Source: Okamejei kenojei
Taxonomy: Eukaryota
Direction: 5' to 3'
DNA length: 64,000 bases
NCBI GenBank assembly: GCA_035221665.1
Contig: CM069141.1
Location: forward strand, 60,884,001 to 60,948,000
In this document: positions 38,419 to 50,164 of the stretch, in pieces
Layout of the letters: every line of letters begins with the position of its first letter
Position numbering within the stretch: the stretch's first letter is position 1
The notes under the pieces: generated by a model
Seen by the model: the letters and a program-made list of their open reading frames with translations, nothing else
Told to the model about the DNA's origin: nothing
The model's database searches: none
Made by a program: the position numbers and the translations under genes

Positions 38419-38546
38419 GTTAAAGAAGGAACTGCAGATGCTGGAAAATCGAGGGTACACGAAAGGCTGGAGAAACTCAGCGGGTGCAGCAGCATCTAAG
38501 GAGCGAAGGAGATAGGCGACATTTCGGGTCGAGACCCTTCTTTTAG
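38419..38546 (-). mobile_element. Penelope-like terminal stub with 11-bp target-site duplication
   Basis: attatatatat at 38408-38418 and 38547-38557. The minus strand reads ctaaaagaagggtctcgacccgaaatgtc..ccagcatctgcagttccttct. Confidence 0.85.
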
Positions 38547-38864
38547 ATTATATATATTTCTACTCTCTGGGAAGTTTGCAAATAAGACAGTCAACTCATC
38601 ATGGAGGTATCCTGGCAGGTGAACTGCTGTTAAAACGATTACTTCCACAGCGTGAAAGGCAGAGAAAGGGAAATTTTGGGGAGAGAAAATGAGTGTGGAT
38701 CATATGTGTAATTTCACAGTTGGAAGTTCACATCTGATCGATTTTTACTGTTGTTGGGATGGGAGTTAGTAGCGTTCCACCTTCTGTTTAGGCATTCCTT
38801 TGTGATCGAGGGTCAGTCTGTTTTTCTGGATTTCGGCTCTGGCTAATAAAGTAATGCAGGATCC

Positions 38865-39175
38865 GTTGACTCCGATTCAACCCCAACCTCCAGTGCTATC
38901 TGTGTAGAGTCTGCACATTCGGCCTGAAACCATATAGGTTTTCTCAGGTGCTTCAGTTTTCTCCCAACTTTCAAAGGGATTGCTGGTTGGTAGTTTAATT
39001 GGCCAATTTAAATTATCTCTGGCGTGTGGCTGAGTGGGGGGATGGGGGAGATTTGATGGGTATGTGGAGAGAATGAAATGGGATTAATGTGGATTCGAGT
39101 AAATGGCTGCTGGGGCCAATGTTTGGCATAGACTTGGTGGGTTGAAGGGCTTGTCTCTGAGATGCATGTTTCTGC
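38865..39175 (+). mobile_element. Old V-SINE
   Basis: tgctatctgtgtagagtctgcacattc..ggttttctcaggtgcttcagttttctccca..gacttggtgggttgaagggcttgt. Confidence 0.7.
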
Positions 39176-40619
39176 AACTCTTAACCAATATACCTGAAGT
39201 TCTGAGCTAAGATAGTGGCAATCAAGTCTGCCACTGTTGAGACAGTGTATTTGGATCAGTGCCTTGAATATGATATCATAGTACATGAGATGTGCTACTG
39301 CTCTATATGTTTAGGCCATTATTAAGTGAATCTAGTTTTTCTGAGCCATATAGTGGCAGAACTGGAAGATAATATAGGATGTTTGATAATGTCACTGAAG
39401 GATTATAGACATATCCCCAATTACTGGCTGACTCGAAGGGCAGAATGGCCTACTCCTGCACCTATTGTCTATTGCCTACTGTCCGCAGACCCTGTTGCCA
39501 CCCGTGAGGGTGAAGTACGTGGTTCCTCACAGCACATTTCTTTCAAGTAAGTAGTTTGCAGCCAGCAAGATCTGGATACTCTTTCAAAAAAAATTCCTGA
39601 CTTGGAATGCTTGATAATTAGAACAGGGATTGATAGGAGAAGTTCAGATAAAGTGTCAGTGAAGAATTTATGTCCTTGGAGTCAGCCAGGAATCTATAAA
39701 GTGTTGTAGCCTCCAGATCTTTTTTTTTACTGAATTTGTTAAGTGAGATTAAAACAACCTCACTGACAAGCAGATGAATCAACTGCTTCAGGCATTCTGT
39801 GCAGTAAACGGTTAAGTGTTTACAGTGCAGGAGATGTGCTGTTACTCAGTCGTTGCTGATGCCAATCGCTGCATTCCTTCCAAAAGCTAAATGAGCCTCC
39901 TTTACTGAATAATGTAGGGAAATAGCTGGAAGCTATTGTGAGGCTTTGCAAATGATGTGTTGCAGTGCTGTCTAACTCGGAAACAAAGCTACTAATGAGC
40001 CACTTAATCCAAAAGAACCTTTAGTTTCATTCAAAGGGACTCAGGGTGCAAAACGTGTATTTAAACATTTAATTGAACAAAAAAAAGCTGGAAGGTGATG
40101 GCTGGAGATGTTGCCATCTTACTCTCTTTTGAGAGGACTCTAGAGCCAGTTGCCATGTTGCAGCTATGTGAAGCTTAGTGACGTTGACTTGTATTTGGTT
40201 GCTGGTCCGGTGTGAACTCACTCTTCTGGCTGAACCACTGGTGAGATTAATGGAGTAACTGCTGGCTTCATTCCAGTTCCACTTCGCCAATTGTAGTAGG
40301 AGTAATGGGTAGTTCAAGAACTGTGACTGACTTATGCAAAGCCATATTTCATTTTCCACCTCTCTAGGTGACAAGATTGATGACCCTAATCTTTGGTTGT
40401 GATGAATTCAGTAATGTTTTATGTCAAAGGGATATTTTCAACCATGAAAACTTGCTGCGATAGAAACGTTTGTCCTTTTTTCACAGGGTTTCCATTCTGA
40501 ACAAAATTACACAAAGCTTTCTCAGCTACAGTTCAATATGAGTTGAGTCTCATTACTAGGTTGTCATGAAATTTGGTTGGTATATTAATACTAGAGAAAA
40601 TAAATGCCAGGGCGTCTTC

Positions 40620-42100
40620 AGGAATCTATTATTATGAAAGTGGGAAAAGAGTATGTAGAAAATATTAAAAGGATTGGGAAGAGTCAACAAGGATATATGA
40701 AAGAGAACCCATGATTGATAAATCCTTTAGTATTTTTTGGTATTATAATTAGCTGAATAGATAAAGGTGAATCAGTGGATGTGGAGTATTTGCACTTCAA
40801 TAATGTGGCACATATGTTATTAAACAGAATTAGAGTGCACAGTATTGAGGGGAATATTGCAGGATGGGCTGAGGATTACAACAGTGTGTAGGAATAAATG
40901 GGTCATTCTCAGGATGGGGAGTTGTGATGTTCAAAGCTCAATGTTCACAATCTATGTTCACAATCTATGTCAATTAATTAGATCGGGTATTGAGTGTGAT
41001 ATATCCAAGTTTGCTGATAATGCAATGACAATGGCCTCTGGTGAGGATGCAATAAGACAACAGGATTGTGCCAACTGAAGCGAAATGACTGCAGGTGCTG
41101 GTTTACAAAAAAAAAACAAAGTGCTGGAGTAACACAGCAAGTCACCCAGCTTCTCTGGAGGACATGGATAGGTGACGTTTCAGTCGGGATCCTTCAGAGG
41201 TGAGGAAAGCTGGAAAAGAGATGGGAACAGGACAAAGCCTGGCAATTAATAGGTGGATACAGGTGAGGGGGCTTATAATATCTGATGGGTGGACAAAGGC
41301 CAGAGACGAAAATAAGACACAAGGCTCTCAGATGAGTGGAGGAGTGAGAAGTGAATCCAGATGAAGGGATATCGGTGGATGTGGAAGGGGGTGGGATAGT
41401 GGGAGATAATTGGTGTGCACCTCAGTAGGGCACAGAGAGCTATGGTACCTCAGAGGAGACATGGGCGAGGAACCTATCTACAGGGCAATGACATGCCAGA
41501 TAGAGTATCATGTGAGAAAATATGTATCCTCTGTGGTAGAAAGGAATAGAAAAACTTATTTAAATGGTGAAAGAGCAAAATGTATTGGTGTTCAAAGGGA
41601 GCTGGGAGACCTTGTATGCAGATCACTGAGGGTTAACATGCAGATTCAGCAATCAGTAGTTGGGACGACAAAGAGTATGTTGGCTGTTGCTGTAAGCAGA
41701 TATGAGCACAAAAATAGAGATGTCTTGCTTCAATTATATGTGTTCTTTGTTAGACAGGATCTGGAATATTGCATGCAAGTCAGGTCTCCCTGCCTTGGCA
41801 AGGATATAATTACAATAAAGGGGAGTGCAGAAAAGGTTCACCAGATTGATTCCTGCCACATGTGGAGAGATTGAACCAACTGTGCCTTTGCTCTGTAGAA
41901 TTTAAAAGAATGAAATGTGATGTCAGTGAAGTATACAGGACTGGACAAGGGAAATGTGGGGAAGATGTTTCCCAGGCTGGGGCATCTGATAGATATTTGG
42001 ATGTTAAGGGAACCAGATGCTGATGTAAAATTCCAGGAATGATCTTATTGCATAGCGGAGGAGGCAGGAAGGGTCGAATGGCCTACTTCTGCTTCTACAG
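40620..42100 (+). mobile_element. Old CR1 LINE RT region with a minus-strand Penelope insertion at about 41075-41465
   Basis: GIECDISKFADN, then YLNGE..VQRELGDLV..KNRDVLLQLY..VRQDLEYCMQVRSP. The insert carries gtgctggagtaac..ggataggtgacgtttcag. Confidence 0.85.
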
Positions 42101-43177
42101 TTCTCGTTCAGTTTGCATACATGATTAAAAACCCATTCCAAACTCACCAAAGTTATTCTATCTTCAGTCACTAACTTCACATTCAAGAAAAAAATCATCT
42201 TTCTGTTTGCAGCAGCAACTCCATTTAAACAGAAAACTATTTCACATTCTGAAATATGCTGAATGTGAGGTGATCTAAAGTAGGCACCTTTGTTTATTCG
42301 CCCAAAGTCTCTGTACACACTATTGAATTCTCCCCTATAATTTCGTAATGTATTTCTCTTCCTCAACATTGGTGAAATATTTTATAATGGCAACCTCAAT
42401 TGAGGTGCATGAAAAAGACATGTCCCAAGGTTGGTGAGGGTCGATGAATCTGTATAATTTACTCATTATCCCCAGGCACTCAAGATAAGCTAGGTTATTC
42501 ATCACTTGCGGGGATAAAAAGTCTGTACTAACATACGTCTTTTGCATTACCATCAGTAACTTCACCTCACCAGTAACCCTCCATCCAGTCAACGTTGTGT
42601 CACTGAGCCACCTGTTTAATAGCTAAATTACCCAAGTCTGTGTGCGATTTCCTTGCCTTCTAAAGAAAATAGCAGTAAGCAATGTGTTAAATGCAAGAGC
42701 TGAGCCAGGAAATACCTGCTGGGAAGCTTAGTGTAGTGACATTTCAGCACTAAAGCATTAATGTGGGACATAAACTTCAGACTGCTACTTCGAAATAATG
42801 AACATTCAATTGCGTCACCTTTGAAATCTTTTGGCTACTGAGCCAAATTGGGTTGGTGGTATTGATTTTTTTTAAAGAATCCTTCTTAGTAATTGCATCT
42901 CACAAAATACATTTAAAAGCGGTATTAATTGTTGATTTGAATCCTGAGGGAATGCTTTTCAATTTCAGCAATGGTTTATGACAGATTGGTTGCCTGGAGA
43001 ATGGGTCTTGCACAATTGGTGCTCCTCACAAGACTGAAACTGATTTTTTCCTACCTAAAGAAGAGGAACAGTTTATATAAAGTATACTTGCCTATTGACA
43101 AGTGTGAGAGCTGTTTATATGACATGGTGGTAGATACACACGATCAATGCAAAGCTCAAAGAACTAAACTGCTTAAT

Positions 43178-43492
43178 GTTTAGTTTAGTTTAGTTTAGTT
43201 TAGAGATACAGCGCGGAAACAGCCCTTTGGCCCACCGAGTCTGCGTTGACCAGCGACCCCAGCATACTTACACTATCCTACACACAATAGGGTTAATTTA
43301 AATTATGCTAAGCCAATTAACCTACAAACCTGTACGTCTTTGGGATGTGGGAGGAAATCGGAGATCCTGGAGAAAATCCACTCAGGTTACAGGGAGAACC
43401 TACAAACTCCGTGCAGACAGCACCCATAGTCAGGATCAAACCCAGGGTTTCTGGCACTGTAAGGCAGCAACTCTACCACTGCACCATCGTGC
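43178..43492 (-). mobile_element. HE1-type V-SINE, full length, (ctaaa)n tail
   Basis: Head ggcacgatggtgcagtggtagag..gggtttgatcc, V-domain, and (gttta)5 on the plus strand. Confidence 0.9.
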
Positions 43493-44749
43493 CTATAACT
43501 GTGAACTATACTGAATGGATTCAAAGATGGACAATGCCACTAGCTATGCCATTAGAGCTCCTATGAACTGCAGCATAAGTGTGTGTGTGTGCAACTGTGT
43601 TTGTGTGAATGCTGTAGATTTAAGTTTGAAAAAGTAAGAATTTTAGAATACTAATATAAATTGATAACATATATCAAAATGATCTAACTGTAACAGCAGT
43701 ACTGGGATGTATTCATTAAAAATTGAGTCCAGCGCTATGTTTCTGATTAAATATATTTATCATTTCCACTGAATCACAGAATGATTACAGCATGGAGAAA
43801 GGTAACAGAGTGGTCCTGTTTGTCCCACTCATCCAATTTATTCACTCAGCCTTGCAATGTCATTCTTCTTGGATACTTATCCAACCTGATTCCGAGCATT
43901 CCAATTAAATATGCTTCTACTCTTACCCTTGGTTTTATATTTCAGAACCTCATTGCCCATACATGTCATCTCTGGTTCATTTGTCAGCCACTTTCGTTCT
44001 ATGCCGCACAATCATTTACCAATGAGAATAATTTATCTCTATCAGTTCTGCCTATACCCATCATGATTTCAAATAACTCCATCTGGTCTCCTAGCAACTT
44101 CCTCCACAAGAAGGATAATCCATGCTTGTCTTGTCTATCCACAGACACCTCTCATCCCTTTAAAACATTTTGGGAAATTTGGCTGCATCCTTTCTAAAAT
44201 ACGGTACCAGGAACTGAACAGGATGCAGCACACATGGCGATGTGTTATAAAGGTTCAACATGACTTCCTTGCTCTTGTACTCCATGTCTCTATCTATTTA
44301 TATTTTCTTGACCAGCACTGCCACTTTCAACCAAACAATTAACGTATCCGCTTGATTCTTTTGACGTTTCCAGAAATATACCTTCTGGTTTATATTCCCT
44401 CTTATTCTTGTCACCAAGTGTGACATGTGATATTTCTCAAAATTTAATTTTATCTGTTACATCAACCTGAGAAGATCTCCTGAACGATGCTTTGCTGATC
44501 ACAGTTCACTTTGTCCTCCTTTGACCTCCTAATTTTAAGTAGTACTTGATACAGTCAAATCAAAATCATTAATATATATCAGAAAAAGCTATAGTTCTAA
44601 TATTGAGTCCTGAGGAATGCCACTGCACACTTTCCTCCAGTCTGAAAAACAGCCTTTCTCTACTCCTTTTTATTTCCAGTTGCTCAGCCAATTTGTGTCC
44701 ATACTGATACATGCCATTGTATTCTATAGTCTTTAGTTTTGGTGCCAAT

Positions 44750-44925
44750 GGCCATTGGGAATTTCTGGTTACAAGCCACTTTAATTCCCCTTCCCATTCC
44801 CACAATGATCTGTCTGTCCTTGACTTCCTCTATTGCAAACAGGAGGGACAACATCTAATATTCTGCTTAGGTACTCCTCAACTCAATGGTGTGAACATTG
44901 AATCCTCCAATCTCTCACTCCTTCT
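44750..44925 (+). mobile_element. Penelope GIY-YIG endonuclease C-terminal fragment
   Basis: HFNSPSHSHNDLSVLDFLYCKQEGQHLIFCLGTPQLNGVNIESSN. Confidence 0.8.
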
Positions 44926-45011
44926 GATCTACCTAGGTCCTCTCATGCACCCACATCATTTTTCCAATGCCTCCCCCCCACATATGTGAGGAATCAATCT
45001 GGTGTATGACT

Positions 45012-45197
45012 TGAAGATGGACACAAAACGGTGGAGTAACTCAGCGGGAAAGCAGCATCTCTGGAGAGGAGGAATGGGTCTGAAGAAGGGTCTCATCCCG
45101 AAACGTCACCCATTCCTTCTCTCCAGAGATGCTGAGTTACTCCAGCATTTTGTGTCTATCTTCAATATAAACCAGCCTCTGCAGTTCTTTCCTACAC
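45012..45197 (+). mobile_element. Penelope-like inverted-repeat stub
   Basis: Arm 45012-45079 is the approximate reverse complement of 45108-45164, followed by the unpaired family tail. Confidence 0.85.
45071..45116 (+). ncRNA. Minimal type I hammerhead ribozyme motif (Penelope-associated)
   Basis: ggaatgggt-CTGAAGA-a-ggg(tctcat)ccc-GAAA-C-GTC-acccattcc. All core nucleotides are present, with palindromic ACGT in place of helix III. Activity is not shown. Confidence 0.6.
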
Positions 45198-46536
45198 ATG
45201 GTGCATGGCTTGATTGTACTCATTTGATTTGACTGGTTAACACACAAAATATTGTGATGTTATCTGGTACATGTGATAATAATAAATCATGTGATACATG
45301 TGATAATAATAAACCGATTAGTCAGTAGTTACTGGATTTGCTCCTATGGCCTCTTTTGAACAATAATATAATGCTTGCTAGTTTTTATCCCTTAAACAGC
45401 AGTCTGAATCTATGAATATTTGGAAGATTATGGCCAGAATCTCTGCTGTCCCCTTCTCCTTTCCCATTTTTGGACCAGGTGATTTACCCTTTTGAAGAGC
45501 AACTGGACATCCTTGTACATTTTATCATTTTTTAGCCCAGCCAGGATTTAAGTTGATCTTGTTCCAAAGCTTTGGATCCAAAGTGTTTTTTTTTAAAACT
45601 GAATACCGATTGAAGGGATTATTCTGTACCATAGCAATGCCTCATTTTCTTCAATTACAGATTTGCCTGCCAGAATTTGACTACAATTTATCTTGGTCAA
45701 ATTAGCCTTCTTTCAATGAAAATTGACCTTCTGCAATTAACTAATTTTAAACTTGTACTGGATTTGCTCCTATGGCCTCTTTTGAACAATAATATAATGC
45801 TTGCTAGTTTTTATCCCTTGAAATCCCTTTTCCTAAATATTCTAAACCATTCTAAATGCGAGGGCCTGAGCTATAAAGAGAGTTTGGGCAGGATAGGACT
45901 TTATTCCCTGGAGGGCAGGAGGCAGAGTTGCTCTTCAATCCCCTCCTCACTAGTTTGCAGTTTAGAGTGGTCACAATATCGCAATTATACCTCAGTGTTT
46001 TCTTACTCTGAAACAGATAGAATGTGTCCTTGATTGTTCCCTCTAGTGTTCTGATATTCTCCCTCATCAATACTAACATTTCTCTTTACTTCTTCATTTC
46101 CCTATCTTTCCTGAACACCCATGAGTATTTAAACCCCATTTGTTGCCACAACATTGTTATCCTGTGCAGTTGATTGTACCTGCAGCTAATATTACATTTA
46201 CCATTACAGTTCATTGCATTTATATACAAGCACTGTAAAAATCTCCTGTCTAAAAGCAACTAGATTTTATCCGTCTGTTATTTATCTGGCCCAAACTGTT
46301 TGGCTTTTTTTTTCAATGCTATCTTCCTCTGTGCAGTCCTTGCCAGATTATAGTAATCCTCCACCTGGAGCACAAGAAAACCTTTCTGAGAAATATTGGT
46401 CCTAGCTTTGCTGAGGTGCAGCCCGCCTGTCCTTTGAGATCAGGGGTCCCCGAAGAACTGCTCCAGGAATCTAAACCCCACCTTCCTGCATCATCTCTGC
46501 AGCCACTCTTTTAAATCTGTTCCATCCTCCTATGTC

Positions 46537-46812
46537 TAAAGGTGAGAGGGGGAATGTTTAATGGGGAAGTGCGGGGAAAGTTTTATACACAGAATATGGT
46601 AGAGACCTGGTACACACTGCCAGGAGTGGTGTGGGAAGGCAGAGACGGTAGTGGCATTTAAGAGGCTTTTGGATAGACAGATGGATGTGGAGGGAATAGA
46701 GGCATATGATTCATGTACAGGCAAATGAGATCAGTTGAACTTGGCATCATGTTTGGCTCAAACATTATGGGCCAAAGGGCCTGTTCCTGTGCTGCACTGT
46801 TCTATGTTTTAT
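46537..46812 (+). mobile_element. CR1 3' end
   Basis: ttttatacacagaatatggt..tttaagaggcttttggatagaca..gggccaaagggcctgttcctgtgctg..ttctatg. Confidence 0.85.
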
Positions 46813-46982
46813 GCTCACTGGTGCAGGACACATGGAGTAATCTGGAGACTACCATCTTTGAGGTCCTGCTTCTAAATCTCTCTCCTAATTCCTTCAGATC
46901 TGTTTTTCAGGACACTACCTCTTTCCCATCTAAGTCACAAGTACTAGTATAAACAACAATCTTCCTCTGCAAAAAATAAATT

Positions 46983-47200
46983 GAAAGTGCTGGAGTAATT
47001 CAGCAGGTCAGGCAACATATCTGAAGAAGATGGATAGGTGATGTTTTTGGGTCTGGGCCCTATTTCAGACTGATCTATGGATCAGTCTGAAGAATCAGTC
47101 ACCTATCCATATTCCCCAGAGATGCTGCCCAACCTGCTGAATTACTTCAGCACTTTGTGTCTTATTTGGTAAACCAGCATGTGCAGTTCCTTGTATCTAA
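46983..47200. mobile_element. Penelope-like inverted-repeat stub
   Basis: Inverted arms aaagtgctggagtaattcagcagg / cctgctgaattacttcagcacttt, centred on ttcagactgatc..gatcagtctgaa. Confidence 0.8.
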
Positions 47201-47302
47201 ACCTTTCTCTCCAGCCACTCAATGACATCTTTAACCTTGGCAAATCCTGGAATCACATTGAAAATCAGATTTTCAATGGGGAATTGAAATGGACAATTGA
47301 AT

Positions 47303-47601
47303 CCTCCATGGCCAGAGTGAGTCCCCCCGCAAATTGGAGGAGCAGCACCTCATGTTTTGCTTGGGTAGTTTACACCCCAGCGGTATGAACATTGACTTCT
47401 CCAATTTCAGGTAGTCCTTGCTTTCTCCCTCCTTTCCCTCCCCTTCCCAGCTCTCCTACAGCCCACTGTCTCCGCCTCTTCCTTTCTTTTTCCCGCCCCC
47501 CCCCTTCAGTCTGAAGAAGGGTCTCGACACGAAACATCACCTATTCCTTCGCTCCATAGTTGCTGCCTCACTTGCTGAGTTTCTCCAGCATTTTTGTCCA
47601 T
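47303..47601 (+). mobile_element. Penelope-like element 3' end (GIY-YIG C-terminus, 3' UTR, hammerhead motif)
   Basis: LHGQSESPRKLEEQHLMFCLGSLHPSGMNIDFSNFR*, then ctgaagaagggtctcgacacgaaacatc at 47511. Confidence 0.88.
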
Positions 47602-48099
47602 TTTGAAAAACAGAGATACCCATCTCTGCTCCCTAACAACAGAAACCAGAATAATTAAAGTACAAAATGCTGAACAAACTAAACAGGCCATGTGGTGGGG
47701 TGAGCCACCCATCTGTGACTACAGATGGGCAAAACGGTTGTCATGGCCATCGTGGGCCCTTTGGTGCTCCACAACTCCATGACTCTACTAATGCAAATTA
47801 GCTCCAGGGTGATTGAATCTGAACTGGAGAATTGATCGTAATATGAGGGAATAAAATGAGTTCAGGCAGGATTAGTGTATTTGTGAGTGATGGATGGCCA
47901 TTAAAGACTTGATGGGTTGATGTGCCTGTGTATCCATGCTGTATTTGTTCTACAACTTGATGCTTAAGATGCCCTCAGGGGTCTCCTGAACTAGTTGACT
48001 GATATTTTCTGTCTGCTTGGTAGTTATTCAGCCCTTCTCTGCCTGCACTCTCTTGGGCTGCTAATTGCCTTCTAATTGAAATGTACTGTCCATTAAACT

Positions 48100-50030
48100 A
48101 TTGGTGTTGGTTTGTTATCATCATGTAAAGCAAAGAAAACATGTTGTTTGTGTATCCATAAAGATCATATGATACACGAGTACATCAGGTAGTGCAAAAG
48201 AAAACCACGTGCGCAGAATATAGTATCACAGCTACAGAGAAAGTGCAGGTAATAAATTTGCATGGGCCACAGCAAGATAAATTGTAAGATTGGGAATTTA
48301 TCATTAGTTTCTGAGTCTGATAACTGCAGAGAAGTAGCAGTTATTGAATCTGGTGGGATGTATCTTCAAGCTTTTGTATCATCTGCCTAATGGGAGACGA
48401 TGGACTGGGCTGCAATAACTCTCTGCAATTTTTTCTGCCTTGGGCAGTGCCAATGCCATAGCAAGCTCCGATATATCCAGAGTGGGTAGTTTCTGTCTGC
48501 AGAAATAGTTTAGTCATTGAGACATGTTGAATAGTTGAGACATGCCGAATTTCCTTATCTTCAGAGGAATAGAGGTGTCGGTGTGCTTTCCTGGTGTAGT
48601 AGCGTCAATGTACTTGGACCAGGACATATTGTTGGTGATATATACATCTCAGTACTTGAAGGTCTCAGCAATCTGCACCAGCACCATTGATACAGACTGT
48701 GCCGTGTACTTCTTGCTGCTTCCTGAAGTCATTGAGAGAGCGATTGTTGTCTTGACAGCAGATTACGAAGCTCTCTATATCCTTCCTGTACTCATAGAAA
48801 CATCGAAACATAGAAAATAGTTGCAGGAGTAGGCCATTCGGCCTTCGAGCCAGCACTGCCATTCAACATGATCATGGCTGATCATCCAAAAATCAGCACC
48901 CCGTTCCTGCTTTTTCCCCATTTCCCTTGATTCCCTTAGCCCTAAGAGGTAAATCTAACTCTCTCTTGAAAAACAACGACAGCTTCTCCTGATCATTGTT
49001 TGAGATCTGTGCCATCAAGGTGGTGTCATCTGCAAACATGTAAATTGAGTTGAAGCAGAATTTGGCCACACAGTCGTGAGTGTATTGGGCGTAGAATAAG
49101 GGGACGAGAAGGCAGCTTTGCAGGGAACCATTGGCAATATTCCCACCAATTGGCCCATGCAGTGTGAAGACTTATCATGGAGGATGTTTTGTACCTATCC
49201 TTGTTGATTGTGGGAAATAGGTCAGGAAGTCTATGAACCAGTTGCACAGGGGTTGATGAGTCTTAGGTCTAAGGGTTTGGAGATTAGTTTGTTTAGAATT
49301 ATTATGATGAAGATGGAGCTATGGTCAATAAATAAGAGTCTGATATGTGTTAACCAGACATTCTAGTGATGAGTGTAAGGACAGTGAGATGACCTCTGTC
49401 ATGGACCTGTTGCAACAGAAGACAAGCTGCAGTGGATTGTGGCCCGCTGGGAGGCTGGAGTTAATGTGCACCATAACTAGACTTCTGAAACACTTTCATT
49501 TAGTTTAGAGATACAGCATGAAAATAGGCCCTTCTGCCCACTAAGCTCATACTGACCCGTTCACAGTAGTTCTATGTCATCCTACTTTCTCACCAATTCA
49601 CTGCACACCATGGGCATTTTTTTATAGAGGCCAACTAACCTACAAACCTGCATATCTTTGGCATGTGGGAGAAAACTGGATCACCCAGAGGAAATCCATG
49701 CAGTCACAGGGAGAACAAACAAACTCCACACAGACTGCACCACTATGCCACCCTTTTCATGGTGGTGGATGTCGGAGCCACCAGACAATGGTCATTAAAG
49801 CACAGTACCTTGTTGTTCTTTGACACTGTAGAGACAGTGGTCTTCTTTAGGCAAATCGGGGTGTAGGGTGAGGTTAAAATACTTCATGAATACTCCTGCC
49901 AATTGGCCCATGCAGATTCTGAGGACACAGCAAGGAACTTCACCAGGTCGTGTTACGTTCCATGGGTTCACTTTCGGGGAAGCTGATCTGCGAGGGTGAA
50001 TCAGGGTACACCCGATGCTATTGCTACGTG
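48100..50030 (-). mobile_element. Rex1/Babar-clade LINE RT region with nested CR1 stub (48793-48972) and V-SINE (49498-49753)
   Basis: KVNPWNVTRPGEVPCCVLRICMGQLAGVF, YTHDCVAKFCFNSIYMFADDTTL..ISNND and EYRKDIESFVICCQDNN are Rex1-type RT motifs in colinear order. Confidence 0.88.
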
Positions 50031-50164
50031 GTTGGGCTGCAGTGATATCTGACTGATCCAATGAAAATAGGCCCTTCTGCCCACTAAGCTCATAGTGTTG
50101 CAAATCCAATTTTTGGAGCTTCCTCAATGACTGACATCACTGCAGTCCAACACAGGCAAAACTA

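Larger units (their letters stand above)
43790..46530 (-). mobile_element. Very old CR1 LINE remnant hosting several later insertions
   Basis: gagtcctgaggaatgccactgcac (SGIPQDS on the minus strand), aaatacggtaccaggaactg and other CR1-like blocks in colinear order. Confidence 0.55.

Noticed and set aside
42004-42592. Two adjacent minus-strand ORFs resembling a decayed transposase or gene
   Set aside because: I recognise no catalytic motif or splice pattern; blastx would be needed.
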